This document shows, piece by piece, positions 13,116 through 27,355 of a DNA stretch of 64,000 bases (position 1 is the stretch's first letter; each line of letters begins with the position of its first letter). The position numbers and the translations under genes are program-made. The notes beneath the pieces are model-generated. The model had not been told where the DNA came from. It did no database searches and saw nothing but the letters and a program-made list of their open reading frames with translations. Origin of the DNA: Octopus vulgaris (lineage: Eukaryota); the NCBI GenBank assembly GCA_951406725.2, contig OX597815.1, forward strand, positions 166,036,001-166,100,000, written 5' to 3'.

Positions 13116-13450
13116 TGTCGTTGTTGCTGCCTTCGTCGTCGAAATTTTGACAATCACAAGCTTTATGTATTAAGCTGATAAATTATATGTTGACATCATG
13201 AACCACAACAACAACAATAATATATTAAATAATAGTTTCAAATTATGGTTCAAGAATGCAATTTCGGTGAGAGGGGGTCAGCCGATTACATCGGTCCAAG
13301 TGCCTAACTGGTTCTTATATTCTATCGGTCCCTATTTTACCAACTCTAAAAGGATGAAAACCAAAGTTGACCTCGGCAGAATTTGAACTTAGAATGTAAA
13401 GACATTCGAAATGCTGCTAACGATTTTGAGAGTTAACCGACTTAATAATT

Positions 13451-13517
<67 letters not shown>

Positions 13518-13518
<1 letters not shown>

Positions 13519-13963
13519 CACAGATTCGCTTGTCAGTTGTTTGACCTTAACCAGTTGAGCATGTCCCTTAGTGGCTGACGATATGTGCATCTCTGATCAC
13601 GAGCAGAAGTAGTGGGGGAGCATCATAGCCATGTGTTGAGAGGGATTCTTTGGAGTTTGAATAATTCACCTCTGGAAACATGGGTGGTTCTTTCAACATC
13701 CTTAAACAACCCTTATTCAGGGACCTTTTGAGCGGGATGGGCTACTCAACCTGAAGAAAATTCTAACTGGGCCCCCACCTGCAAGGTCATGTGCTGTTTA
13801 TCTTGATATGAGATCTTGATATGAGATCACCATGTCGCGCACATATGATTGTGATGCATGTGCCTGGTGTACCCTTATCAGACGGGTAGTCATGATGGGT
13901 ATATTGGGCTTCGTATATTTTACCCCAGTGTCACTTTGATGGCATGAACTGCTCTCTCACTCA
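13518..13963 (+). mobile_element. Non-LTR retrotransposon 3' UTR ending in (TAA)n and embedded in (TAA)n
   Basis: Near-identical to 48464-48875 and partly to 44570-44715; all end ctcactc-(AAT)n. Confidence 0.8.
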
Positions 13964-13986
13964 ATAATAATAATAATAATGATGAT

Positions 13987-14032
<46 letters not shown>

Positions 14033-14061
14033 GCAACAACAGCAACAACAATAACAACAAC

Positions 14062-14980
<919 letters not shown>

Positions 14981-15117
14981 TTTCCAACTTAGTGTAAAGA
15001 GTTGGAAGAAATACGGCAAGGCATTTTTGCATTATTCAATACGTGTGGCTACAAAACAATGTAGCAGAAGAACCTCAAAGAAGACTGATTCCAAAGAAAA
15101 TTTCTTTGATAATAATA

Positions 15118-16491
15118 CACTGAACCGCAAAAGAAACGCGAGATGTGTGTAACTGTGAAATATGTTTTAATTTCATCATGTCAGAGATAAATTTTGATAA
15201 ATCTGATAAAGTCAATTTCTTGGATGCACTTTGATCACAGTCGTTGTCGTGCGTTCTGGTAATCTGTGGATCTAACACGTCGAGATTGTAAGGCGTGACG
15301 TGTTCAATACCGTGTATGCCCTCCCTAGATGTTCAAAACGGCCGCACACCGTCGGTACATGGAGTGCATGAGGCAGTTCACAAAAGCCATTGGCACCTGT
15401 GCCCACACCCTGAGGAAGGCTGCCTTCAGTTACACACAAGTTGTCGGCCTTGGGGCTACCTGGTTCAGCCGTCTCTGGATTTCATCCCACAGGTGTTCAA
15501 TTGAGTTCAAATCCGGGCTGAGAGCCAGCCACGGCATGGTTCTGATGTTGTACCGATGCAGAAAGTCCATGGTTACCCTGGCCATGTGGGAGGGAGCATT
15601 GTCCTGCTGAAACACGTGACTATGGTGACACGCGAAGAAGGGTACGATGTGAGGTCTTAGGATGTGGTTAACGTAGCGCTGCGCTGTAATGCCATTTCCT
15701 CTGCCTACACCAACATCTTGGAACACATGTGGCCCAATTCTCTGACTCAGGCCTATAACACCGCAAACCATGATGTTTTGGCCACCTCACATGCGTCTCT
15801 GTAAGCGTTCCCCTCCTACGCCACACCCTCACTCTGCCATGCGAGGTGGAAACCAAGTACCGACTCTCGTCAGAGAAAACCATCGACTTCCATTGTTGAT
15901 ACCGCCAATGTCGGTGCTGTGTAGCTCACTGTAGTCGTGCCTGACGGTGGCGGGCGCTGAGGCAGGCCCTCAAGCAGGACGACGGCAACGCAGGTTGTTG
16001 GCGACCAGTCGACGTCGTACCGTGTCGTCGCTGATAGGTCGCTGTCCAGTGCCAATAGTCGCTCGAGCTGTCATGCTGGCCGGTCTGAAGTGATCACGGA
16101 GGTGTTGCAGGTGGGTGAAGCGTTCCTGCTTGGGTGTGGTCATCCGGAGGCACCCTCTGCGAGCACGGTCTGCAGTGCTGTTGGTGTTGTTGTATCGCTG
16201 TGGCAGGCGATAGATGATGCTTACATAGACCAGGGCACGCTGCCCTACTTGCAATCGACAGATAGGTTGTTTTCTCTGCGCTGCTGACAATCGGGTCATA
16301 CCTGATGTGTTCAAATTACGAATGCCAGGAACGTAGTTCAAGTTGATTTTTATACCCATAACCTCCACGAGATACCAGCCATAAACCAGCATGTCTTGGA
16401 ATATTTACGCTTACATCCCCAAAATAAATTTTCAGAATTTACCATATATAAATGACATTTGCAAAAATCGAGTTTCTTTTGCGGTTCAGTG
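15118..16491 (-). mobile_element. Tc1-family DNA transposon, full length, frameshifted transposase
   Basis: TIRs cactgaaccgcaaaagaaac (15118) / gtttcttttgcggttcagtg (16491); TA on both sides; motifs VFSDESR, FQQDNAPSH, SPDLNSIEHLW (DD34E); start MTRLS at 16299. Confidence 0.95.
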
Positions 16492-16927
16492 TATTTATGG
16501 AGATTCTGCTTAGAGCTGGCCAATTTCGTTTTTTCGATTACAGAATTCTAGAAAACGAGAAACTAGTGATAGAATTTAGTTACTTTACTGTTTACATGAT
16601 ATAGGATTTCGAAGCTGGTTATGACTTTAAATATAATTTTAAAATCCTTTGTTTTAAATTTTTAAGCGATAAAGATGGGATGTCTTCCCGATGTCATTTC
16701 TAAATAATCTATATTGGAAGAAATTTAAATATTACAAAAGTTTCCATGTTAATTAAGAATGTAAATACATACATCATTTCTCTTCTATTAATCTACGAAA
16801 AAACGTTGGAGGGTGTCTCCTGCTGAACCGTTTTATAGTTTCTTATCCGCTCCGCCGAGAAGACGTACTCAGTTTCCTTTACTAATCAGTTTTATAGATC
16901 AACTGATACATATATATATATAAAGCG

Positions 16928-17180
16928 TGGAGGCACGTGGCTTAGTGGTGGTATAGGTGTCAGCATCATGATCGTAAGATTGTGGTTTCGATTCCTGGAC
17001 CGGGCGACGCGTTGTGTTCTTGAGCAAAACACTTCATTTCACGTTGCTCCAGTCCCCTCAGCTGGCAAAAATGAGTAACGCTGCAATGGAGTGGCGTCCC
17101 GTCCAGCTGGGGAACACATACGCCATTGAAACCGGGAAACCGGGCCCATGAGCCTGGCTAGTCTTTAAAAGGGCGCATTT
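16928..17180 (+). mobile_element. SINE, family C-type
   Basis: ggaggcacgtggcttagtgg...gtttcgattcc...gttgtgttcttgagcaaaacactt. Confidence 0.85.
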
Positions 17181-17212
17181 ATTTTATTATTATTATCATT
17201 ATTATTATCATT

Positions 17213-17324
<112 letters not shown>

Positions 17325-17540
17325 AAGCAGTCAGGAGTTGGGTTAACACCATAGCGGGATGCCTAAATAACATACTTAGGTTTTGGAGGTTCGTCATTAA
17401 TCAACAAACATCTATTTTATGCATAAAACAGCCTAAGCACAGTATACATCAGAACTAGAATTATTTGAAACGTTACAAAGCCTTGTTGTGAGTCGAATAG
17501 GGATTTACCCTCATTCTATTTTTACTCACTGATGAGTGGA

Positions 17541-17593
<53 letters not shown>

Positions 17594-17620
17594 TGTATAT
17601 GTTTATTTATTTATACATAG

Positions 17621-17779
17621 GGGGGTTGGATGTGTGGTGAGTAGCTTGCTTATCAACCACATGGGTCCGAGTTCAGTCCCACTGCGTGGTACTTTGAGCA
17701 AGTGTCTTCTACTAAAACTTCGGGCCGGCCAAAGCCTTGTGAGTGGATTTGGTAGACGGAAACTGAAAGAAACCTGTCG
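17621..17779 (+). mobile_element. SINE family A head
   Basis: Homologous to 614-778. Confidence 0.85.
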
Positions 17780-17787
17780 TGTGTGTG

Positions 17788-17817
<30 letters not shown>

Positions 17818-17818
<1 letters not shown>

Positions 17819-18239
17819 GAGTACAGGACACCACAAATAAACGTAGAACACAACGAGAAACGAAAACATCCACCGTCTAGGCTTAAAAAAGCCCTCAATG
17901 TTGGTTTCCTTGTCCTGTTCTTATGCTTTATGAGTACTGTATTTTTATTTGTATTGCTTTTACGTCATCTTCTTGTCACTTTCTTTCTTTTTTTACCCCT
18001 CTGCAAAAGAATTTCATTTAATTCATTTTGCAGGAAGGATTGTTTCGGCCGGATCGTGTTCTGCCCTTACCTTCGAAACACGCATTGAGTCGAACCAGGG
18101 GCAGCTGATGTAGGGGAATATTCCTTGTATTGTTTGTCTTGCACTCTGTTTTTTCGTTGTTAAAAAAAGTCCGTTTCCTTGTTTGTTTTTTATGTTTTCG
18201 TTTCTCGTTGTGTTCTACGTTTATTTGTGGTGTCCTGTA

Positions 18240-18243
<4 letters not shown>
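17818..18243 (+). mobile_element. Penelope-like terminal fragment with a perfect 52-bp inverted terminus, inserted in (TA)n
   Basis: 17818-17869 is the exact reverse complement of 18192-18243; T-rich 3' part; contains a hammerhead-like motif. Confidence 0.65.
18044..18116 (+). ncRNA. Non-circularly permuted hammerhead-like motif (copy 2)
   Basis: ttcggc/gtcgaa; stem III cgtgt/acacg; GUU triplet; stem I ctgccctt/aggggcag; cttc-GAAA; CTGATGT-a-gggg. Confidence 0.6.
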
Positions 18244-18303
<60 letters not shown>

Positions 18304-18423
18304 TGTATACATACATATAGATGTAGGTATGTACATATATGTATATATGCATATGTTTTATTGTTAAATTGTTATTATATGACTGAACGCCTCGCGTCGC
18401 TTCTTATCCTCCAAGTAAGTTTT

Positions 18424-18465
<42 letters not shown>

Positions 18466-18617
18466 GCATGTATATGTGTGTGTGTGCGAGTGCATATGTG
18501 TGTATACGTGCGTGTATATTTTAAGATGTGTGTGTATATATATGTATATATATATACATACATATATATATGTGTGTGTGTGGGTATGGATGTATATATG
18601 TATGTATTATGTATGTA

Positions 18618-18699
<82 letters not shown>

Positions 18700-19148
18700 T
18701 CCGTGTTCGTCCCTTACCACCGACTGACAATTATTTTTTTATATTATTATTATATTATTTAGCATGCCGAACAAAATACTTAGCGGCATTTCGTCCGTCT
18801 TTATGTCCTGTGTTCAAATTCCATCAAAGTCGATTTTGCCTTTCGTCCTTTGGAGTCGATAAAACGAATATCAGTCGAGCATTAGGGCGTCGATGTAATC
18901 GACTTATAGCACCCCCAAAATTTCAGACATTGCGTATATACTAGAAAAAATAACCGCTTGAGAACTGGTGTTGGTGTATTTAAATCTCCGTAATCCAGCG
19001 CTTCGGCTTAAGAGCCACTAGACTTCAAAAAATATCCTGGGGTCGATCTGTTCGACAAAAATCCTTAAAGGAGGTATTCCAGCATAGTTGCAGCTAAATG
19101 ACTGAAACAAGTAAAAGATAAAATATATGTATCTAGACATCTTATGTA

Positions 19149-19237
<89 letters not shown>

Positions 19238-19241
19238 ATGC

Positions 19242-19466
19242 AAGGCGGCGAGCTGGCAGAATCGTTAGCACGCCGGGCGAAATGCGTAGCCGTATTTCGT
19301 CTGCCGTTACGTTCTGAGTTCAAATTCCGCCGAGGTCGACTTTGCCTTTGATCCTTTCGGGGTGAATAAATTAAGTACCAGTTACGCACTGGGGTCGATG
19401 TAACCGACTCAGTTCGTTTGTCTGTTCTTGTTTGGCCCCTCTATGTTCAACCCCTTGTGGGTAATA
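19242..19466 (+). mobile_element. SINE family B, young full-length copy
   Basis: aaggcggcgagctggcagaatcgttagc...gagttcaaattcc...A-rich end. Confidence 0.9.
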
Positions 19467-19668
19467 AAAAAAAAAAATATATATATATGCGTATACTACA
19501 TACTTACTCGTGTGTGTGTGTGTACATACACACACACACACACATACACACACACACACACATATTCAGATGAATTAGGTACTTAATTTGAGGCACCAGA
19601 ATTTAGTACGGTATTATCCATACAATTTAAAAAATAAGGCGATTAAAATCAAAATACGCAACAAGGAT

Positions 19669-20938
19669 AACTAAGTTCCGCCGTTTTTTTAAATTAAAAT
19701 TTTTGAAAAACCTTAATGAAAAATAACAACTAATTAATCAATAATGTATTCACCCTTATTGTTTAGAACTTCTTCCCAATATTCAACAAGATTTTCAATA
19801 CCTCGTTGGTAGAAATCACCCAATTTCGACTCGAAAAATTGATTCAGCCAAGCTCTCAATTCTGCATCAGTATTGAACAAACTCCGCGCATGGCATTTGA
19901 AAGAGATCGAAAGAGGTGGAAATCCGTTGGTGCCAAATCAGGAGAGTACGGTGGGTGTGGCGGCACTTCCCAGCCATGCGTTTGAATGGCTTCCTTGGTC
20001 ATATTGGCGATATGAGGTCGGGCGTTGTCGTGCAGCTGAAAAACTCCATGCTGACGATCAGGTCTTTTCTCTTGAATAGCTGTGTTGAGTCGTTCCATCT
20101 GTTGAACATAGAGTTCCTCGTTAACCGTTTGGTTCCGTTCAAGCAATTCGTAATGGATAATCCCTTCCCAGTCCCACCATATGCACAACATCGTTTTACA
20201 CGGATGAAAATTTTGTTTCACACGCGGTGTCGCTTGTTTACCGAGGCTAAGCCATTCCTTACGCTGCTTCATATTGATGTACAGGCACCATTTTTCATCG
20301 CCAGTAACAATTCGGTAAAGAAATCGTTGCTTTTCGTCTCCATGAGTTGAGCTGTGACAAACAAGCAAACCAGCGGAGATTGTGGCTCGTTGATTTTTGT
20401 TGTCACTTAAAGCATGCGGGACCCATGCCCCATACTTCTGAACCTTTCCAATCAAGTGAAGATGCTTCTCTATAGCAGTGTGGGAGCATTCCATTTTCTC
20501 TGCCAGTTCCCATGTCGTTTGACGAGAATTTTCGTGCAAAAGTTGGCTTAATCGCTCTTCATCGATGGCCAGAACGAGGTGCGTCTTTGAGGTCAAAATT
20601 TCCATTTTTGAACTTGGCATACCAATCACGATCGGTTCTTTCAGGTATGGCACCCTCTCCGTACACAGCACAAATGTCGCAAGCAGCTTTTGCGGCCTTA
20701 GAACCTTGATTAAAAGCAAAAAGAAGGAGGTGTAGAAAATGGTCGTTTTTCTTAACTTGACATTCCCTTTTAATGATCTGAAAATAAACAAAAATGAACT
20801 AAAATTAACTAGAAAATAAAAGATTCCAAAATGATTCAAACACAGAATTCTTTTAAAAAAAATAGATTCCAAAATTTAAAAACGCAATAAATTCCAAAAT
20901 TTAAAAAACAAAAGTTGGAATCTTAGTTGCCAACCCAA
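19669..20938 (-). mobile_element. mariner (DD34D) transposon with frameshifted transposase; left TIR truncated
   Basis: ORF 19856-20872 has WVPHAL, IVTGDEKW, HDNARPH, YSPDLAPTDFHLF; right TIR ...cttagttgccaacccaa+TA; left remnant aactaagttcc. Confidence 0.93.
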
Positions 20939-21225
20939 TAAATAATCTGTACGTCAAAGTGGACCTAGGCGAAATTTGAACTCAAAGAACGTAAAGGCAG
21001 ACGAAATACCGTCAAGCACTTCACCCCGTGCGCTAACGTTTCTGTCACCTCGCCGCCTTAAAAAGTAAGCATTCATTTTAGAAATATATTCTTTATTGCT
21101 ATTGCTGAAGCGTTACTCCCTTATTTCCTTACTTACTGACATGAAATTTCGTAACATTTTACTTCATAACTCTTTTTCTACTAATTTTTGTTCAATGTAT
21201 TCATTGAATGGGTGAATGATATATA

Positions 21226-22342
21226 GGCGCAGGCGTGGCTGTGTGGTAAGAAGCGCTTGCTTCCCAACCACATGGTTCCGGATTCAGTCTCACTGCGTGA
21301 CACCTTGGGCAAGTGTCTTTTACTATGGCCTCAGGCCGACCAAAGCCTTGTGAGTGGATTTGGTAGATGGAAACTGAAAGAAGCCCGTCGTGGATATATG
21401 TATGTACTAGCGATTCTGAATTCCTCGTGCATTTTTCTATCATTTAAGCCTAAGAAAGGTATACTCTTAATTCAAAATTTAAAAAATTATGTTGATTGAA
21501 GATGAATATCTCCCTTACTGCCCCCTTGAGATCGCAGATATTTTGATGTAACTTTTTTCCTACTGAACCAAATCTGAATCTATTTATGCCAAAGTGTAGC
21601 TGAGGAGGCGTCCTCTTTAAAACTATTTGCAGTTTGCAGTTTAGTTGAGAACTGAATTAGAGGTGTAGCTTGGAATCTGCTGCAGTTGCTGAAATGGTGG
21701 ACTTAAGAATGTATTCAACCACTACCGTGGTTGAATGATATATAGGCGCAGGCGTGGCTGTGTGGTAAGAAGCGCTGGCTTCCCAACCACATGGTTCCGG
21801 ATTCAGTCTCACTGCGTGACACCTTGAGCAAATGTCTTTTACTATGGCCTCAGGCCGACCAAAGCCTTGTGAGTGGATTTGGTAGATGGAAACTGAAAGA
21901 AGCCCGTCGTGGATATATGTATGTATATATAAATATATATATATGTGTGTGTGTGGTAAGTAGCTTGCTAACCAACCACATGGTTCCGGGTTCAGTTCAA
22001 CTGCCTGGCATCTTGGGCAAGTGTCTTCTGCTATAGCCCCGGGCCGACCAATGCCTTGTGAGTGGATTTGGTAGACGGAAACTGAAAGAAGCCTGTCGTA
22101 TATATGTATATATATGTATGTGTGTGTGTGTGTGTTTGTGTGTCTGTGTTTGTCCCCCTAGCATTGCTTGACAATCGATGCTGGTGTGTTTACGTCCCCG
22201 TCACTTAGCGGTTAGGCAAAAGAGACCGATACAATAAGTACTGGGCTTGCAAATAAGTCTTGGGGTCGATTTGCTCGACTAAAGGCGGTGCTCCAGCATG
22301 GCCGCAGTCAATGACTGAAACAAGTAAAAGAGAAAAAAAAGA

Positions 22343-22343
<1 letters not shown>
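21226..22343 (+). mobile_element. SINE family A cluster (heads at 21226 and 21745; longer copy 21951-22343)
   Basis: Homology to 614-1005. Confidence 0.88.
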
Positions 22344-22392
<49 letters not shown>

Positions 22393-22457
22393 GTATGTAT
22401 ATATATATATTTATATATATATATATTTATATATTTATATATATATATATATTTATG

Positions 22458-22522
<65 letters not shown>

Positions 22523-22527
22523 GTATG

Positions 22528-22679
<152 letters not shown>

Positions 22680-23159
22680 AATATATATATATATATGTGT
22701 GTGTGTGTGTTTGTCCCCCACCATCGCCTGGCAACCGATGCTGGTGTGTTTATGTCTCGTTAATGTAGCGTTTCGGCAAAAAAGATCAATAGAATAAGTA
22801 TTAGACTTACAAAGCCTAAGTCCTGGAGTCGATTTCTTCGACTAAGACCCTTTAAGGCGGAGCTCCGACATGGCCGCAGTCAAAGAATATGTGTGTGTGT
22901 ATGTATGTGTTTGTGCGTGCGCGCATGCGTATGTGTATTTGTGTATGTATGTACATAAATAAAGGATATGGGTTGGGCTAATATCCACAATTGCCTTTCA
23001 GCATCAGTCCGCACGATTAGGTCTGACCTGTGGTCAAGAAACAACAACACAAAGATCTCTATGGAATTCGAGAATGAATATTGCCACCGATCGTGTTATT
23101 CAGTCAGTGGTGTACTGTATACGCCCTACAATACTGCGCTTCATTCGAAATAAGCTAAG

Positions 23160-23345
23160 CTGAAGGAGGCGTGGCTCACAATTGCAGGCCACGCCCATTC
23201 CCACCGAAATAACTTTGAATATGCATGAAGCCTTTGGCAAGTAGTGTTAAGTGTTAAGTCCGGGGTCATGTGGTAAGATTTGGAATCAAGTTGGAATCAA
23301 GTTTGTCACGAAGTCGAAGTGATGTCAATAGAAGTGTTTCTGCAT
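23160..23345. promoter_or_regulatory. Putative enhancer island
   Basis: Unique sequence with inverted GC/KLF boxes ggcgtggc (23168) / gccacgcc (23188), TTCCCAC (23198), CTTTGAA (23213), ATGCAT, GGGTCA. Confidence 0.3.
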
Positions 23346-23604
23346 TAGCTTTTGTTAGTGTGTACGTGCGTGTGTGTGTGTGCGTCTGTGTGTATGTGTT
23401 TTCGTGTGTGTGCGCGTGTGTGTAGGTGTGTGTGTGTGCCTTTCTGTCACTCTCTCGACACACACGCACATATATGAGAAAAATCTGGGCGTATGTTTGA
23501 ATGTGTATGTATGTGTGTGCGTATGTATATGTAGGCGCGCGCGCATGTGCGAAAGAGAAAAAGATAGTTAGATAGATAGATAGATAGGTAGAGAGAAATA
23601 GAGT

Positions 23605-23641
<37 letters not shown>

Positions 23642-23868
23642 CAGTATGAATGTAAACACAAACATATATCAACTGAGAAAAAAATGTGTGTATATTTGGG
23701 TGTGTATGTATAGGCATGTGTGTGTTTAAACTTGTATGTGTGCCTGTATATGCAGTGTGTGTCCCCAAGTTACCGAAGCCATTTTCTAGTGCGTGTTTAA
23801 ATAAATGACGATGTTATATTTTCTGTTTTCGTATGTACCCGTTGTGCGCGTGTGTGTGTGTGTGTTTG

Positions 23869-24036
<168 letters not shown>

Positions 24037-24041
24037 TATAC

Positions 24042-24113
<72 letters not shown>

Positions 24114-24449
24114 TATATATATATATGTATTATATATATATATATGTATATATGCATATATATATATATATAAGTATACATGTATATGATGTATGTATAT
24201 GTATGTGTGTATATGTATATATATACATGTATGTGTGTGTGTCCTCAATGTCTATTTGGAAGAATAAAAATATCAAGTAAACCAAAATAGATAGAGAAAG
24301 AGGGTGGATGGGTGGGTGACAAGAGGGAGAGAGAGAAAGAAGGGGATAAAGAGAGAGTGAGAGAGAGAGACAAAGAAAGAGAAAGAGTAAAATAAAAATA
24401 ATAAACAAACAAACAAACAAACAAAAAGGTAAAAAAATAAAAACTCTAT

Positions 24450-24600
24450 GACCGAATTTCCCACATTCCACATTAGCAACAGCAGCGTTGTTAGCTTCAC
24501 CACCAACAACAGACCGTAGTCATATCCGGCCACGGGACACGGGAGTCACGTGACTGTGGGATAGTCCAACCATTCATGGCTCACGTGCTATGAAACGGAA
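24450..24600. promoter_or_regulatory. Putative enhancer or promoter island
   Basis: TTCCCACA (24458; Su(H)/CSL consensus on the minus strand), palindromic GTCACGTGAC (24545-24554), CACGTG (24582); CpG retained. Confidence 0.35.
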
Positions 24601-24749
24601 GACAGTGAGAAAACGAGGCTAAATGGAAAGAACTAGGTGTGAGTGAGAGTGTGAGCGTGAGTGTGGGTGTTGGTGTTGGTGAGAGTGGGTGAATGGGTGA
24701 GTGGGTGAGTGGATAGATGTGTGAAAGAATGAAGGATGAAATGGAGTAG

Positions 24750-25270
24750 AAGAGAGAGAGAGAGAGGAAGTGAGAGAGAGAGAGAGAGAGAAAGAGGAAG
24801 TGAGATAGAAAGAGAGAGAGAGAGAGGAAGTGAGAGAGAAAGAGAGAGAGAGGAAGTGAGAGAGAAAGAGAGAGAGAGGAAGTGAGAGAGAAAGAGAGAG
24901 AGAGGAAGTGAGAGAGAGGAAGTGAGAGAGAAAGAGAGAGAGAGATGAAGTGAGAGAGAAAGAGAGAGAGAGAGAGAGGAAGTGAGAGAGAAAGAGAGAG
25001 AGAGGAAGTGAGAGAGAAAGAGAGGAAGTGAAAGAGGAGGAGAGAAGAGGAGAGAGGAAGAGAGAAGAGAGAGAGGAAGAGAGAAGAGGAGAGAGGAAGA
25101 GAGAAAGAAAGTGAGAAAAAGGGAAAAACGAAGTAGAGAGAAGAGAGGAAGTGAGAGAGAAGAGAGAGCGAGACAAAGGAGGAGAGATGGGGTGAGGGTC
25201 AGAAGAGAGGGTGAAAGAGAGAGAAAAATAGAGATAGAGAGAGAGAAGCAGAGAGAAAGAGAGAAAGCGG
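24750..25270. repeat. Polypurine (GA)n tract with a recurring GAGGAAGTGA unit
   Basis: Direct reading. Confidence 0.9.
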
Positions 25271-25769
25271 AGAGAATTTCGAAGTGACTGTAACAAGAAA
25301 GTGATAATTTTGAAATACATACACACATACACACATACATACATACACACATACATACATACATACATACATACATACATACATACATACATACATACAT
25401 ACATACATACACACATACATACATACACACATACATACATACATACATACATACATACACACACATACATACATACACACATACATACATACATTCATAC
25501 ACACACACATACATACATACATACATACATACATACATACATTCATACATACATTCATACATACATACATACACACACACATACATACATACATTCATAC
25601 ACACACACATACATACATACATAAATACATACATAAATAAATACATACATAAATACATACATACACACACACACATACATACATACATACATACATACAT
25701 ACATACATACATACACACACATACATACATACATACATACATACATACATACATACATACATACATACA

Positions 25770-25804
<35 letters not shown>

Positions 25805-26079
25805 GTACACGTGTGTGTGTGTGAATATATATATATGTGTGTGTGTGTGTGTGAAGAAAGATAGTGGAAGATAAGACAGAAAAAGAGTAGAAGAATGAAG
25901 GGAAGGAGCTGTATGAAAGAGTGATGAGGATACGCGAAAGAGTGAGTGGCAGGAGGAGAAAAGGAAGGGAGCGAGAAGGGGAGAGGTGAAAACAGGGGAG
26001 GAGAGAGAGAGAGTTAGAGAGAGAAATATATAAGACAGATAAGAGACATTGGTAAAAAAATGGTGGTTGAGACTTAGGA

Positions 26080-26284
26080 GTGAGAGAAAGAGAGAGAAAG
26101 AGAGAAAGAGGGGTGAGAGGGTGAGAGAGGGAGAAACGACTGTTTAAGAAAGACGAAAAAATCATACCCACATACAAACATAGAGAGAGAGAAAGAGAGA
26201 GAGAAAGAGGGAGAGAGAGGGGCAGAGAGAGTGAGGGGTGAGAAACGGGTGTATAAGAAAGGTAAAAAATATATAAGCACACAT

Positions 26285-26331
<47 letters not shown>

Positions 26332-26440
26332 GAGACAGAGAGAGAGGGAGAAAGAGGGACAGAGAGAGTGAGGGGTGAGAAACGGGTGTATAAGAAAGAT
26401 GAAAAAATACATACGCACACATCAACAGAGAGAGACAGAC

Positions 26441-26485
<45 letters not shown>

Positions 26486-26610
26486 GAGACAGAGAGACAG
26501 AGAGAGACAGAGAGAGAGACAGAGAGAGACAGAGAGAGAAAGGGGTGAGAAATGGGTGTATAAGAATGATGAAAAAATACATACGCACACATCAACAGAG
26601 AGAGAGTGTG
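26080..26610. repeat. Compound minisatellite: unique ~60-bp core alternating with (GA)n, 3-4 units
   Basis: aggggtgagaaacgggtgtataagaaagatgaaaaaatacatacgcacacatcaac recurs. Confidence 0.85.
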
Positions 26611-26616
26611 TGTGTA

Positions 26617-26662
<46 letters not shown>

Positions 26663-26752
26663 CGCAGGAGAGAGTTGCAAAAACTAGGAGGAGAGATAAA
26701 AATGATAGAGTAAGAAATATCAAGTGGGTAAAAGTAGAGAGATGCGTTGAGG

Positions 26753-26790
<38 letters not shown>

Positions 26791-26893
26791 GAGAGAGAGA
26801 GGGAGACCGAGAGAAAGAGTGTGTATGCATCTGTGTCTGTTATAGGTGTGTGCGCGCGCGTGTAGAGCAATAAGCATCTATGTATGTATGTGT

Positions 26894-27017
26894 GTGTCTT
26901 CTACTATAGCCTGGGGCCAACCAAAGCCTTATGAGTGGATTTGGTAGACGGAAACTGAAGGAAGCCCGTCGTATATATATATATATATGTATGTATGTAT
27001 GTATGTATTTATGTATG

Positions 27018-27066
<49 letters not shown>

Positions 27067-27308
27067 GTGTGTGTGTGTGTTTGTGCGTCAGTGTTTGTAC
27101 CCCAACATTGCTTGACAACCGATGGTGGTGTGTTTACGTCCCCGTAACTTAGCGGTTCGGCAAAAGAGACCGATAGAAATAAGTACTAGGCTTACAAAGA
27201 ATAAGTCCTGCTGGGGGTCGCAATTTGCTCGACTAAAGGCGGTGCTCCAGCATGGTGGCCACAGTCACATGACTGTGAAACACGTAAAAGAGTAAAAGAG
27301 AGTAAGAG
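26894..27308 (+). mobile_element. SINE family A, 5'-truncated
   Basis: Homology to 700-1005. Confidence 0.85.
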
Positions 27309-27340
<32 letters not shown>

Positions 27341-27355
27341 TTTATTATATAGAAG

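Noticed and set aside
24633-26588. 651-aa ORF and the many [16 protein letters not shown]/poly-I ORFs
   Set aside because: Translations of stop-free microsatellites, with no domain content
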